Assembly (NCBI GenBank): GCA_963693365.1 | Contig: CAVNZM010000014.1 | Span: 6,324,001 to 6,388,000 of the forward strand | Direction of reading: 5' to 3' | From: Amoebidium appalachense | Taxonomy: Eukaryota > Protista > Ichthyosporea | Length of the DNA stretch: 64,000 bases | Part shown: one piece after another, positions 1-12,926 of the stretch | Numbering within the stretch: position 1 is the first letter of the stretch | How the letters are laid out: the number at the start of each line of letters is the position of its first letter | Program-made: the position numbers and the translations under genes | The notes under the pieces: generated by a model | What the model saw: only the letters and a program-made list of their open reading frames with translations | Database searches by the model: none | Told to the model about the DNA's origin: nothing

Positions 1-43
1 TTTCGTGCCCTGTAACACATTTTTATCCCCCTCTCCCCCTCTT

Positions 44-92
<49 letters not shown>

Positions 93-475
93 TTTCTCCC
101 CCCCGGTTTTCTAACTTTCCGGCTTGGTAATGTCTTTGCTTGCACGCTTGACATAATCCATGTATCCACTATGCGCCCTCACATGCACACATACTAAACT
201 GGAATTCGTGGTTGTCTGTGCATTGTTCCAACAGTGTCCCTGGACGTGTCTCGATTCCACACACAATCTAAACACTCGGTCATAGTGCCCCTTTTCAATC
301 AAATTGGGTATTAGAACCTTCGCCTGGGGGGGGGGGGGGGGGGGGGGGGGGGGTGGAGGTGGAAAGAGCGGAGAGGGTGCAGGAATAGGATGAAGGTGCG
401 TGTGCGTTGGGGGGGGGGGGGGGGGGGGGGGTTGGAAAGCAAAAACACTAACAAATGTGCCTTTTTTCTGTACAG

Positions 476-664
476 ACCACGCTGTCTCACCCGTACGAGC
501 TCTTCACGGAGGGGGCCTTACACGGCGGTATTTGGCGCCAGGCCTACAAGATGACGACTGTGGGTGAGGTGGCTGCCCTGCTCTACTTCTGGGATAAGGC
601 CAAGCCCGCAGTCCTGCTTGCTATCGTTGCCGTTATCGCTGCAATTTTCCTCTACAAACCGTAA
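476..664 (+). CDS. Terminal exon of a gene beginning left of the window; product unknown, C-terminal hydrophobic (tail-anchor-like) segment
   Basis: Acceptor tttttctgtacAG at 474-475, then an open, non-repetitive frame TTLSHPYELFTEGALHGGIWRQAY...AVLLAIVAVIAAIFLYKP ending in TAA at 662-664. Confidence 0.65.
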   Translation, partial: TTLSHPYELFTEGALHGGIWRQAYKMTTVGEVAALLYFWDKAKPAVLLAIVAVIAAIFLYKP

Positions 665-1266
665 AATTGAATTGGAATATTGGACTGAGGGGTTTTCTTT
701 TGAAAATATATACGCTTTTGGCGGATAGGGGTGGAAGTTTGGGCAATGGACGGTGTTCATTGCACTTATTTTTTTCCCTCTGGAGCCGTGGGGAAAAAAG
801 TTTCTGGAAGAGTGTTTGGCCTGTGTGTAGAGAGGGAATGTAGATGCAAGACTTGCCAAATATGGAAGGTGTGGTGCCAGCGATTGGGTCTTTTGGCGAT
901 TTAACTTAGTCCATTGATATATAGATAACATTCAAGTTACACTTCGTGTAGTGACACGCATTTCTTTTCCTTCCTTTGCTTCCTTCTTTCTTTCTTTCCT
1001 TTTTTTTTTTCTTTTCTTTGGTTGCGATTTCATTCCAGTTACTTAGCATCCAACTACGGTGTGCCATGATGTTTTGACGGCATAAACCCTGAGATGTGAT
1101 TGGCTACTATTTAGCCAATAGGAATCATCCAATAAATGTAGAGATGTATACAATCCGATGTCTGCGCACAATCGTTTTCAGACCGATGCAACCTTATCAT
1201 CCACCCCTAATCTGACACATGCATGCCCACACACACTTTTTCTGTTTGCCCCTACTTTTCTCCCCA

Positions 1267-1299
<33 letters not shown>

Positions 1300-1401
1300 T
1301 ATCCGCCTCTCTCTCCCTCTTTCATCCCCCCCCCCCCCCCCCCCCCCTCCCCTCTCTCTCTTCCTTGTCTCTCTCTCTCTCTCTCTCTCAATCCCCTCCA
1401 C

Positions 1402-1440
<39 letters not shown>

Positions 1441-1910
1441 CCCACACACACACACATGTACACACACAGCCCCCTCTCCCTCGCTCTGGCACACACGTGC
1501 AGGGATGATTCTGCTGAATCACAGTGCGACAACACCTACACACAAACACAGACACACATACATACACCATTAGTTGATGTAACATCAGCAAGATCCGTGT
1601 ACGTGTGTGCGGGCTAAAGCATCTACATACACGGTACTTATATCTAAATCACGCATGGTCGTACACACGCACAACTTGAGCACACAGCCGGGGCACACAC
1701 ACACGGTCACACGCACATACGCAACTTACCATGTTATGTGTAATCGCCGGCACATAATGAATGCCATGTATGTTTGCCCATACAGCACCATGCTCATTCA
1801 CATGTACAACACCATAGTGCCTGTGCTACCATGACGCAAGCGCGCGCGCGCATGCCGCAAACACACAAACACACACACACACACACGTATCACACATGCA
1901 CGCACACACA

Positions 1911-1948
<38 letters not shown>

Positions 1949-2174
1949 CCAGTGATCATGACTCTAACACACAGTCTCACGTGTTAACGTTCAGACCGCA
2001 ACACACGAACAATCACCAATTTGACAGTTCATCGGAAAAAAAAGTATACTATAAGCAGCTGCGCCTGCAGTTGGTTGGTACATAGGGAGTACGGAGCTGA
2101 GAGGGGGGCTACGGGGACGAGGGGAAGGGGGAAGGTGCAGGGGAGGAGTCGAGGGAGGTCGAGGGGAGAGGGAG

Positions 2175-2212
<38 letters not shown>

Positions 2213-2802
2213 GTGCGGCCGAGGCGTGTGATTGCGTATCGCCATGTTATATATACTGAGTGCATCACGGCGCACGTGTGCACACTCAAATAAAGCCACA
2301 GTAGTGGCATTTATTGTCAAAATCTCAACGCTTCTTTGCTGACGGTCCTGCTATGAACACACAGTATACACCTCACATCATGATTGTGGTGCATTGATAA
2401 TGCCCAGTAAGCTAAAAATACACACCATATAATTCGGGTAACACTTGACAGATATAGTTGCCATAGAATTCTGGTTCAAAGTTTCCAGGAAATATATACG
2501 TCTTGGGCGCAAATGCGCACCTACTGAAACGAACTCCACACACATGTTTCATAATGCTAAGAACGGTCCCAAAACTCACTTTCTCGCATGTGGCAAAGAC
2601 CAAAATAAAGAGGGGAAAAAAAAAATATATCGTAGATAAAAAAAAATACATACACATGCGCTGCGGGGTGCATACGACTTTCGAGCAAAAGCAATTTTCT
2701 GCGTATAGAAATCAAAAAAGGAAAGAAAAGAAAAGAAAAGAGCTGTTTTGCATGCAAGCAGGACACGCGCGTTATGTACGTAAACCCCCCCCCTCCCCTC
2801 CT

Positions 2803-2850
<48 letters not shown>

Positions 2851-3143
2851 GAAAAAAAAAAAAAAAAAAAAAAAAAGGAAAAGGAAAAGAATAGAAAAAA
2901 AAGGAAAAGAAAAGAAAGACAACCCCCCCCCCCCTTTATTTTATAAACTTGCTTCAATTTTTTGTTACCCCTACCCAGCAAGGCCCCACTCCATACCTAG
3001 CATGCCACGTGTGTGAATGAATTGTTCTGATCTACGATACATATTCCATGCTGCGTCTCACGGAGAATGTCCTAGAATGCACCTCAAATTAAGCTTTGTA
3101 TGATGGATAACTAGTTGTGGCTAGAAAACCCTGCTTCGTGGTC

Positions 3144-3182
<39 letters not shown>

Positions 3183-3673
3183 AGAAGAAGAAAAGAAAAT
3201 AAAAAACTGCATGGAGATTATGATTCGACCACACATATATAATATCAAACACCCAATAAACTTCGCACGAGAAATAGAACCCAAGAACCAATCCATTTCA
3301 AGTATACGTGCAGGTTTACTCTTTACGGAAATCTTCGTTTTCCTTTTCTTTTTGGAGTTTTTTTTTTTTTTTTTTTCTCGTTTTGTTTTTCGTATTTTCC
3401 TTTTTTTTCTTTCTTTTTTTTTCCCCTTTATACTCACCCCCACATTTATACTAATGCCACAAACACAAAAAGAAAAAGAAAAGGACATTGCCAAACTTCC
3501 CATCAAACGTTCCCCAGTCCACACATCTCCCATTACCCCATTACATCCCTTCGTTATCGCCCTCATTTACCAATTCTCATTTCACAAAAATACGCCCATG
3601 AACTGCAGGCAAAATCGTTCACCGACGAGCAATTTCGATCGCCAATTGCAAATCAGGGGGGAGGGGGGGGGGT

Positions 3674-3997
3674 CTATGCACATACGATCTCATCGATAGT
3701 AGATTCATTCATGTAGCGCATGATGTCGTCATCTTCGGGGGTTTCCTGTGGGAGAAGAAACGAGAATAAGTGGCGAGAAACGCTTCAGTGAATGGGTGCA
3801 TCGCGGTGGGGGAGGGGGGAGGGAAGGAACAACCATTTGCAACAGGGGGGGAGGGGGGGGGGGGAGGGGGAAAAAGCAAAGTGACAAACAAATAGAAAAA
3901 GAAAGGAGAAGAAACGGAAAGACGTGTATGTGAAATGCAAGGCAAAAAGCACGGCAGACCGGACACAAAAAAACAACAATGTGGACAAGCACCCCCC

Positions 3998-4037
<40 letters not shown>

Positions 4038-4245
4038 CAACCACACACACACACACGTTCACAAATCATCCAGCCACCCACACACATACATAAAAACATC
4101 TTAACATAGAGCACACACACACACACACACACCCAGACTTACACCCACAGCAACACGATACCCATAAACCTACACCCTCCTCACCCCTCTCTCACCCTCT
4201 CACACATACCCATATTCATCCAGCCACACCCACCCACCGCATCAG

Positions 4246-4287
<42 letters not shown>

Positions 4288-4696
4288 ACACCACCACCAC
4301 CCACCCACCCCACACACACACACAAACACACCAACCCACCTGCACAGGCTCCATCCCCTCCACACTCCCCTCCACAGCCGTGCAAGTCCAAGCAAACCCC
4401 GTCTCCGCACACGACAACACAACCCCCGTCTCCTCCACACTGCTGGGTGTCATGGGGCCATTGGGCGTAGTGGGGGTGGTGGGGCTACCACTGAACCACC
4501 CATCTGTGTGTGCAAAAAAAAGGAGTTGATGGGGGTTAATGTGAGTGAATAGGAGTTACTGGGAGTACATGAGGTTGAATGGAAAAACATCAACGGAAAG
4601 CGTAGGAGGAAAATGATGAAGGAGAACGTTAGGGAATACGTTAATGGCCAAAATGGAATTTCCGATGCGCCATATCAAAAGTACATGCGAGATGAC

Positions 4697-4727
<31 letters not shown>

Positions 4728-4841
4728 AAAAAAAAAAAGGGGGGGGGGGGGGGGGGATAGCTCCCCTCTCTTCCCTCATTGTTTGTCCCTCTCCCAGACA
4801 CGCCCTTCCTGTCTCCATCAGGGCTGTTGTAACACACACAC

Positions 4842-4897
<56 letters not shown>

Positions 4898-5054
4898 TCC
4901 AAACACCATCTTTTCCCTCCCAGTTATTACATAAAACCCACCCCCTCCCTCCCATCCTCCTCAAACACCACCGTCTTCCCCCCCCCCCCCCCCCCCCCCC
5001 CCCCGCGTCCAACCACCCTGACCCCTTATCCCTTACCACTTAACCTGCCCTCCA

Positions 5055-5089
<35 letters not shown>

Positions 5090-5183
5090 ACACACGTACC
5101 CCCCCCCCCCCCCCCCCCCCCCCCCCCACACACACACACAGCAATAACGACACGAACATACACACACAACCCCCCTCCCCCCC

Positions 5184-5252
<69 letters not shown>

Positions 5253-6603
5253 AAAGAAAAAGAAAAAAGGAAAAAAAATACGTACCGGTAGTGGTGCAAG
5301 AGGTAGGAGTCATTTCCGCAGCCGGTGCAATCTGCAACCTTTCGGGTATGGGTGCCGTAAACTCCAAATCGCAGCTATCCTCCAAAACCTTATCCTCCTC
5401 CTCCCCCACACCAACCACCCCACCATACCCTACACCCCCTACACCCACCCCCACCCCTCCCAACCCCCCCGTGACTGGAGCAGGTGGTGGTGTCATTCCT
5501 GTCGACATACCACCCATATATGGTAATGCAGAAACAGCTGGAACAATCGACTGCGGGAGAAGTGATTGGGCGGCGGTAGTTGCGGCGTGAGGAGGGTAAA
5601 GGATTGACGCGACTAATGAGGTATAGACACTCGAGAGGGGGTTGCCAGCTGAGGGTACGCCGGGTGACTGAACAGGCGTGGGGGCCGCCTGGCAATACGG
5701 GAGGGCGGAGGGGAAGGGGGTGAAGGGCGGCGTGGTGGCGTCTGCGAACCCGTATCCCATCATAGGGCCTAACGGCGTGATTTGATTGGTTGCTAGTGGT
5801 GCAGCAGAAGGCGGGATCTGGTTGGTTGCCATAACGTCAACGCTGTTTTTCCTCGAGAATGATTGGTTGGGAAGAGTCTCCGGTTTTGACTCGTTCACCC
5901 ACGTCGGCGCCGGTGGTGCAGCAGGTGGCAATTTTGCATTCTTCTTTTGTTTTGGACACGAAGAGTTGACGGGTGCCTGTGCGGATTTGCCCTTTGCACC
6001 CTTCACTCCTCCCGAGGAATGCGGGGCCTTACGTGCATGATTTGTAGCCAATGGGGCTGCTTGCTTTGGGTACGCCTGCTGCCGTTGCTGTTGTGAAACC
6101 GCGACTTGTGGTTTTTGTTCCAACGCCGGTGGTGTGTGTGTGGACATCACCGGAGGCGTGTTTTTGAGTTGTTGTGGGGGGGGCGGGTGCGACTGGGTGA
6201 AGCGGCGCCATCGGGTAGGGAATTTCGGGTTGGGGGGTTTGTATTGTTGAGCCCCCCTGCTTGTAGACAAAGAACTTGCGGGTGGTGTGTGGCTGCTGCC
6301 CTTGTTGCTTGATCTTAGCTGCAGAACCACCCGATCAAAAATGCGGTCAAAACATTGTCGGCAAGTTGCCTTTTTTCCTTGGTTCTGGTCCACATGTAAC
6401 CATTTCCTTTCCCCCCCTTTTCCCTTTCCCTCCCTCTTTCCCTCCCTCCCTCCCTCCCTCTCCCTCTCCCTCTCTCTCTCCCTCTCTCCCTCCCTCCCTC
6501 CCTCCCTCTCTCTCTTCTCTTTTTTTCTTTCCTTTCTTTATTCTTTGTCTTTGTCTTTTTCTTTTTCTTTCCTTTCCTCTTTTTTTTTTTTTTTTTTTTT
6601 GTT

Positions 6604-6636
<33 letters not shown>

Positions 6637-7239
6637 CTAGTGTGGGAAACACGGATGCAAACGTGAAAGAGCCACAACTCAACCTTGTGTCTCAGAAACC
6701 AGACAAGCACACATGACACTCGAACGGGGGGGAGGGGGGGGGGGGGGGGGGGTTAACGTCAGAGATTATGCACATACAGTTTAGTTCTATTAGTACCACA
6801 TACATCTGATTCGAATCAAACAGATCTGATTTGAATCCATGTGTGTAATGATCTTTACTCATAGAAAGCACAACTCATATCCTGCACCTTCACACGATAT
6901 AGCAAAATCACCCATAAGCAGTAAAGGAGCCCATAAAACGCTTTGGACCGATGCATTAGTTCAAGCGGAAACTGTCACTAAGAAAGTGATGGAGGAAGGG
7001 AGGAAGGCTAAATGGGTATGAAGCGGGGCAGGTAATAGAAGGAAGGGAGGGTGAAAACCTAAGGGTCAAGGGAAAAAACGTGGAGTATGGAAAGGCAGAA
7101 AACCATCCACTTGACTTCGGAGTGTGTCAGTTAGGAAGTTGCACCACATACTTGTCCCCTCACGAAGCCCCGTTCAGCAAGTGGCTTTAACAACACTGCC
7201 CGTTGGTAAAAATAAAAAAAAAAAGTGGGAAGAGGGTGA

Positions 7240-7330
<91 letters not shown>

Positions 7331-8905
7331 GCACGGGGCAGGGAAGGAGAGGAGGGGAGGGGGGATCAACCATTTGCGCGCGCAGGTCGTGAAGCCGACG
7401 AAGAAGTTTGGAGCTTGGGCTGATACACGTGGTAGCGATACTCCTTGAAGCGAGGGGCAGGTTGAGGGGGTGATGGCATACGTGGTATGGCAACACTCTT
7501 TTCCATTGGTTGTTGAACGCCCGTGCCCATGTTCATGTTTGAGGGTGTGCTTATGGCAGAGGTGGACACGATCTGATGCTGCCACGGAGTTGACTGCACG
7601 GCCACCGACATTGTGCTTGTTTCGTCAAGCTGAAGTTTACAGGTTGCTCAGATGCTCTGTTGTGTAAAAGGACAAGGGCAAGTTTCTACCATATCTCCTT
7701 ACAGCTACCAAGCAGATAAAATTTAAACATGACCAAGAACCCTAGAATGATTCATTCAAAGACACAGAACAAAGAGAAATAGAGATAATTTTAGAGCACA
7801 GCCCAATGACTTCCTACTCTGGATGGTCTCAAGGGATGCCGTATTCCGTTTTGATACATGAAAAATACAGAGTAAACACACAAGCAGCCGAGGTTAGATA
7901 AACTTAACCTGCCTTCAGACAGTGTAGTTTCGGAGTTTCTGACTGTGATAACACACACGGAATTAAACGGCCAAAAAGAAAAGAAAGTGGGATTTTACAC
8001 ACAACAAGAAACTTACGCGAAATGAGGAGGCCATCCGTAACACCTAAATGAGCCCATGAAATCACGCAGAACCTAGTGATCGTAAGTATTCTATGCACAC
8101 AGGTTTTCCTTGGCAAGCAACAGTGCACCAAGAGCAACACGATCCCCCAAAAGGCTGGAGTTTTGAGGGAAACATGCCTATCCAGAACACAAAAACATGA
8201 GGCACCCGAAAGTGTAAAATGGACATGTTCGAGCGAATCGTTTGTGTAACCAGAAGCGGAAAAGAGGTAAGAGAGGTGGGGAGGGAGTGGGAGGGGGAGG
8301 AGGGAGAGGGAGAGCTCCTGAGATGCAAGGGGGGAGAGGGAGAGAGGAAGGGGGGATCAGCGGTCAGTCAACAAGGGAAAAAAACATCGCGAACCTGCAC
8401 GGAGACTGAAAAAGGACCATATCAAGACACACATTCGCAGTGCAACATACCAGCTTCAGGGGCTGTTTAGGCTCACAAACGGCAGTTGAAGGGGTACACT
8501 CACTCTCTCCGGAATCAATGCAAAGCCTTTGTCTGCTGGCGTATGCATGTAGAACAAACAGCGGCAAAGGGGATCAAAGAACAGCTTATATAACTACTCA
8601 GCAGAGAAGAGCCACTTGTCCAACCTAAGCTAACCTCAAAAGAGCACCTTTCTTAGTCACTACACTTAAGTTAACAAACGAAGTCACGAAATGAAAGCCA
8701 CCTTGTTGGTTAGAAACTGGCAGAATGCCAGTGATGCAAACCCAAAATACCAACAATATATATGAACCTCTTCCTTCCTTCGTCTATAGTGTAAAGAATG
8801 TCTAAGCCGATTTTGCAGAACATGGGCTGGCACCACCACTAACTCCCCACTCTCTCTTCTTCTCCGTCCGTCATCCAAAACTTGGCTGTTTGGTTTGTAC
8901 GCCAT
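3674..8905 (-). CDS. Uncharacterised multi-exon gene, Pro/Ser/Thr/Gln-rich with one CxxC and an acidic C-terminus
   Basis: Phase-compatible GT-AG exons 7629-7371, 7195-7152, 6384-5286 (NQGKKATCRQCFDRIF...), 4503-4340 and 3745-3674 (ETPEDDDIMRYMNESTIDEIVCA*). Candidate first exon 8905-8768 (MAYKPNSQ...RRRKEE|GT). Small exons between 7.9 and 8.7 kb were not resolved. No family recognised. Confidence 0.6.
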
Positions 8906-9788
8906 GATCTTGTGTGCATGTTCCTCGCACTAATCAATCTGCTACTATCGAGGATTCTAATGATTCGGATTTTTATATTTTTTAACTTAAAGGTAGAATT
9001 ATCAATAATTATTCACTGTATTTTAATAAGATTGACAAAAAAATATTTTTAAGGTTAGCCACTCTTTATTGTTCTGGTTGAAATGCATTGATTCACGCTA
9101 TTATTTTTACCATGCCGCGCGAAATACTTGTAGCCAGATATGATTTAAACGAGGATGCAGGAGATAAGAAAAATCTAGTAAGGCATTGCGAACGATCCAA
9201 TCAGCCGCTGGCTTCTTGCAGTGTGTTGCTTTTTGCTAACACAGGGCATGATTTGTAGCCAACCCACGAACATATCGGTAAATGCTCATTATTTTGCCTG
9301 CATGCCTTGCCAAGTCTGTTTTGCAGCCCCAAAAAACTACCAATAAAACCGGAAAAAGCAATGGACTACTTGACCTTGAGATAAATTATTGAGCAATTGC
9401 GTTTGTATATGCATGTTGTTTTGTCCTTTTCCCAACCCATGCATATCACAAGGTCCATTCGGATAAAATGAATCCAGCTACTTTTCTTTCTTGCATTTCC
9501 ATTCGCCACTGTTAGGAAGATAGATCTGATTGGACAAACATCAAAACCGTACCTCGCCATCAGTCGGAAGGGCTCAGCGCGGTCAGCAGATGGCAGAACC
9601 CTTGCTTCTTTTCAGCTCATGTTGTATAAAACCTCTTTTTGTCAATGAACTTATAGTGTTTCTTTTTTAATGTTTTGGCGCAGAGAAAATGTTGTTGTGC
9701 ATTTTGTACTCAAATGAAGTTGTCACGTGCGTGCGTGGGCGGCATTCTACATATATGACCCCCCCGGGGCCCCCCGGCCCCCGCCATT

Positions 9789-9824
<36 letters not shown>

Positions 9825-9900
9825 TGAACAAAGAAGTTATCATCAGGGCTTTGCAAAATCTTTTTATTTTTTATAATGACTTTATTGATATGCTCAGCAA

Positions 9901-9955
9901 AATAGAAGCCATCGAGATAGTAGAAGCCATCGAGATAATAGAAGCCATCGAGATA
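9901..9955. repeat. 18-bp tandem repeat x3 (TAGAAGCCATCGAGATAR)
   Basis: Three near-identical units read directly. Confidence 0.85.
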
Positions 9956-10752
9956 TCGGGGACGGTACCGTTGCCTGATCATTTTAAAATATTAGATGTT
10001 ATAAACTCACAAATGCTCATGTAAATGCTTTATATCTCTACTAAATTCAAATTTTATGCGTATTTGGGGTACTATAACTCAGATCTTTTTACTCTTTTTT
10101 TTTTTTTTAAAGAAATAATTGGTTTCAGAATAATTCTACAATAGGCATAATATGGTATATACATGTACACTAATAAATGGTGTTGCAGTTGAAAAAGTTG
10201 AAAATTGAGCGATTTCAGTTCTAAAATATTAACTATATAAGTCTGGGTGGATCAGATCGAGATCACATGATTGGCCGCTCTCCTTGGCAAGTCCCCCGTG
10301 ATCTACGAAGGTTTCGCATTTATAATGATGCGAAACCGGAAAGAGAAAAAGCTTTAGAGTGAAGGAGAAAACGGAAGAAGCGAATGAAGAAAAGGCAAAA
10401 AAAAAGGAATTTATAATACATTGGAAAATGCACACACTATCGATTCATAAATGCGCATGCACAGTGATGCAGTTGTTAATGTGCACCAAATGCTCACTTC
10501 TCCTGCTAGCACTGATTGGCTAATGATTTTGCCCGCCACATTTCAAAAATACCCGAATGGCACCGTTACCAACACACACCGTCACGTCCGTCCACCGTGC
10601 ACGTGGCAAGAATTGTATTGCTCAAGAGCCGAGGCAATTCAGCATCAAAGCATAGGTTACACAAAACATCGCATGCGCAGTGCACTATGAGCTAATGTGC
10701 ACTCTGCTTCTCCGTTAAACCACACAAAATAACAATTTTCGAGGCACACAGT

Positions 10753-12016
10753 TTACGACAGTCGCACAGAGTCCAACTCGCGCAGGTCGCTGAAGTACTC
10801 GTGGTCATCGGGGGTCGGGCAGTGGCCCAACCCGTAGTTGTCCTCAGGGGTTTGGCCGGTGAGGTCCCACACGCCCAGGTGCTTGATGACTGCAAAGGGG
10901 ATGCCGATTGCACGAGCAGCGCCGACCATGCCGTGACGGAGGCAGTGCCAGGTGATGCCGGTAGCCAGGGCGGGGAGCACGCCGAGGGCCTGCACCGCGC
11001 TGCGCAGCCAGCTGACGGCCTTGGTAGCGTTGGGGCACGGCAGGACGGGGCTGGTGGGCTGCCGGACGTGCGCGCAGGCGCGCAGTAACAGCTGTGCGCA
11101 CATGGGGGGAACCATGCGGTGGCGCACAGGGGGCCGAATCTGCTTGCCAGCTGCCTGCTTGATGGTTCGAAAGGTCAGGTGGAGGCGTCGGGCTCCAGTG
11201 GGGGTGGGGTCCTCCCAGGTCAGGTACCCCACCTGTACTGCAGCAGCGGTACTCCACCGTAGGCCAAACAGGTAGCTCAACAGCACCCCCGCTAGCCAGC
11301 GGTCACCGTCGGGATCCTGCCGGCCCAGCTAGTTTGCGATGAGCAGGCCGGTGTGACCCAGGGTGCGTCAAACCGTTTTGGGTCGGGCGGGGTGGCGGTG
11401 GTGGTCTGGTGGGCCCTGCCGTAGGACTTCTTGATGGTTGCAAGGATGGCCTGGTCCAAATAGGGAATGTGCCACAGCAGGTGTACCTGGCGCAGGGCGG
11501 CCACAGCAGGTGTACCTGGCGCAGGGCGGCAAACTTGCAGTCTAACGTGCTGGGGTGGTACGGCCCGGGGCGCGCTAGCAGGTGAGCCGCATAAGCCAAA
11601 GCTACGTGTTCGGTAAGGGGCCAGGCTGCAAACTCGTGGGTGGCGCAAAAGGTGAGGTACTGGGTTACGTCGACTTGATATGCGCGCCACGTGTTTGCTC
11701 TGAGGAGCTGCTCCACCAGCTGCTGGCCAGTGGGGCGCAGGTTGCCAGGCAGTGACGAAATTACCGCCGCACGCCACTCGCTAAACACTCCCACGGTGGC
11801 AGGGGGGTCTGGTGGCCGGGGAGCTTGCTGGGGCGGCTGCACGGGGGAAGGGGGCCTTTGAGGCTCAGGCTGTGGTCCCAAGCCTTGGGAGGAGGGCTGG
11901 GCCCCCTTCCCAGGGAGGGTCGCCGATGGGAACGCCCGCAGGAGCTGGTGGTGGTTGAGGCGCGGGAGGAAGCACGTCGCCACCACTTGCGGGGGGAGCC
12001 GGTATGTGGTGGACAC
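10753..12016 (-). pseudogene. Disrupted tyrosine recombinase (phage-integrase superfamily)
   Basis: N-terminal SAM-like segment LRANTWRAYQ...YLTFC...WPLTEHVALAYAAHL...STLDCKFAALR. Catalytic domain with LLSYLFGLRWS (R), RTIK (K), WHCLRHG (HxxR), IKHLGVW (W) and TPEDNY (Y). Broken by an exact 29-bp tandem duplication (11471-11499/11500-11528), a second frameshift near 11350-11360 and an in-frame TAG at 11329-11331. Confidence 0.85.
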
Positions 12017-12078
12017 CCACCCTTGACGCCCCCTTGTAAGGCCCGCTGCCTACGCGACAGGGGCCGGAAACTGCAAAC

Positions 12079-12798
12079 TTAGTTGCAGCCGGCGCCAGAC
12101 CCACTGCTGGCGCCGGTGTTGGACTTCACCACGGTCTTGTTGTCATTTTGGTTGCCCGCACGGGCGGTGCGCGTATCGAGGTTGACCTCTGCCTCTTTCT
12201 TCCTTGCGTCGCCCATTGCGAGGCCCCAGCGTTCAGAAAGAACAGGGTAATACTCCCGCTCCATGTGGGCGCGGGCCAGCTCGGCAAAGGCAGCACCCTC
12301 TGTGGCGCGGAGATACTGGTAGTGCACACGGTCGGAGAGGAACACAGCGACATCGGCGATTGCACCCTTGAGCTCTGCAATGCATCGTTGGTAGAACTGC
12401 TCCGCGGGGTCAGGCACTGGGGCGCCGTTTTCGCCGGGGAACTGCCGTCGCTGGAACGCGCAGTCGTTGTGCATTGCATCGATGAGGCTGCAGAGTGCCC
12501 CGATGGTAACCCCGTTCTCCTCGAGCACGTGCTTGTTGGCCTTGGAAGGGATCCAGGGCAGTAGGTCGGCTGGGATGCGTCGGGGACCGTTGGGCATAGG
12601 GTACTCCGTCACCCATGGTAAGGTGGGTGCCAGAGTGGGGTGCCGCTCGGCAAAGGCATGTCTAGGGAACTTGAGCAACGGGCAGTCCGGCATCCCCCAG
12701 GTCTGCCGAAGGCGCTGCGGGCGTGACTCGCGGGTGTCCGAATCCCCAGTGACGGGGGTGCGCGCTTCGGCGGAATATTGCTCGAAAATAACGTTCAT
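12079..12798 (-). CDS. ORF1 of the YR element, 239 aa, unknown function (gag-like position)
   Basis: ATG-to-TAA intronless ORF with a complex, largely helical-looking sequence, directly upstream of and co-oriented with the recombinase. The gag assignment is positional inference only. Confidence 0.7.
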   Translation of the reverse strand: MNVIFEQYSAEARTPVTGDSDTRESRPQRLRQTWGMPDCPLLKFPRHAFAERHPTLAPTLPWVTEYPMPNGPRRIPADLLPWIPSKANKHVLEENGVTIGALCSLIDAMHNDCAFQRRQFPGENGAPVPDPAEQFYQRCIAELKGAIADVAVFLSDRVHYQYLRATEGAAFAELARAHMEREYYPVLSERWGLAMGDARKKEAEVNLDTRTARAGNQNDNKTVVKSNTGASSGSGAGCN

Positions 12799-12926
12799 GG
12801 TGAAGTTCTAAAAGGGTGACCTACCCTAAACAAAGCGTGAACGAGCCTCACCAACGTTGCCTCCAATGAGAGAGGAGGCGACGGGGAATATGCTAATAGA
12901 CGACCGATCTAAGGTCGGCTTAGGTC

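Noticed and set aside
6340-6725. LIM or zinc-finger domain from CRQCFDRIF and nearby FECHVC
   Set aside because: The upstream CxxC frame hits a stop, and I could not splice it into a complete set of metal ligands.
9689-10024. 111-aa ORF with IEAIEI repeats
   Set aside because: It is built from a poly-C run and the 18-bp repeat, with no other coding evidence.
10801-12811. Plus-strand ORFs over the GC-rich island
   Set aside because: Antisense shadows of the minus-strand ORF1 and YR with no motifs.
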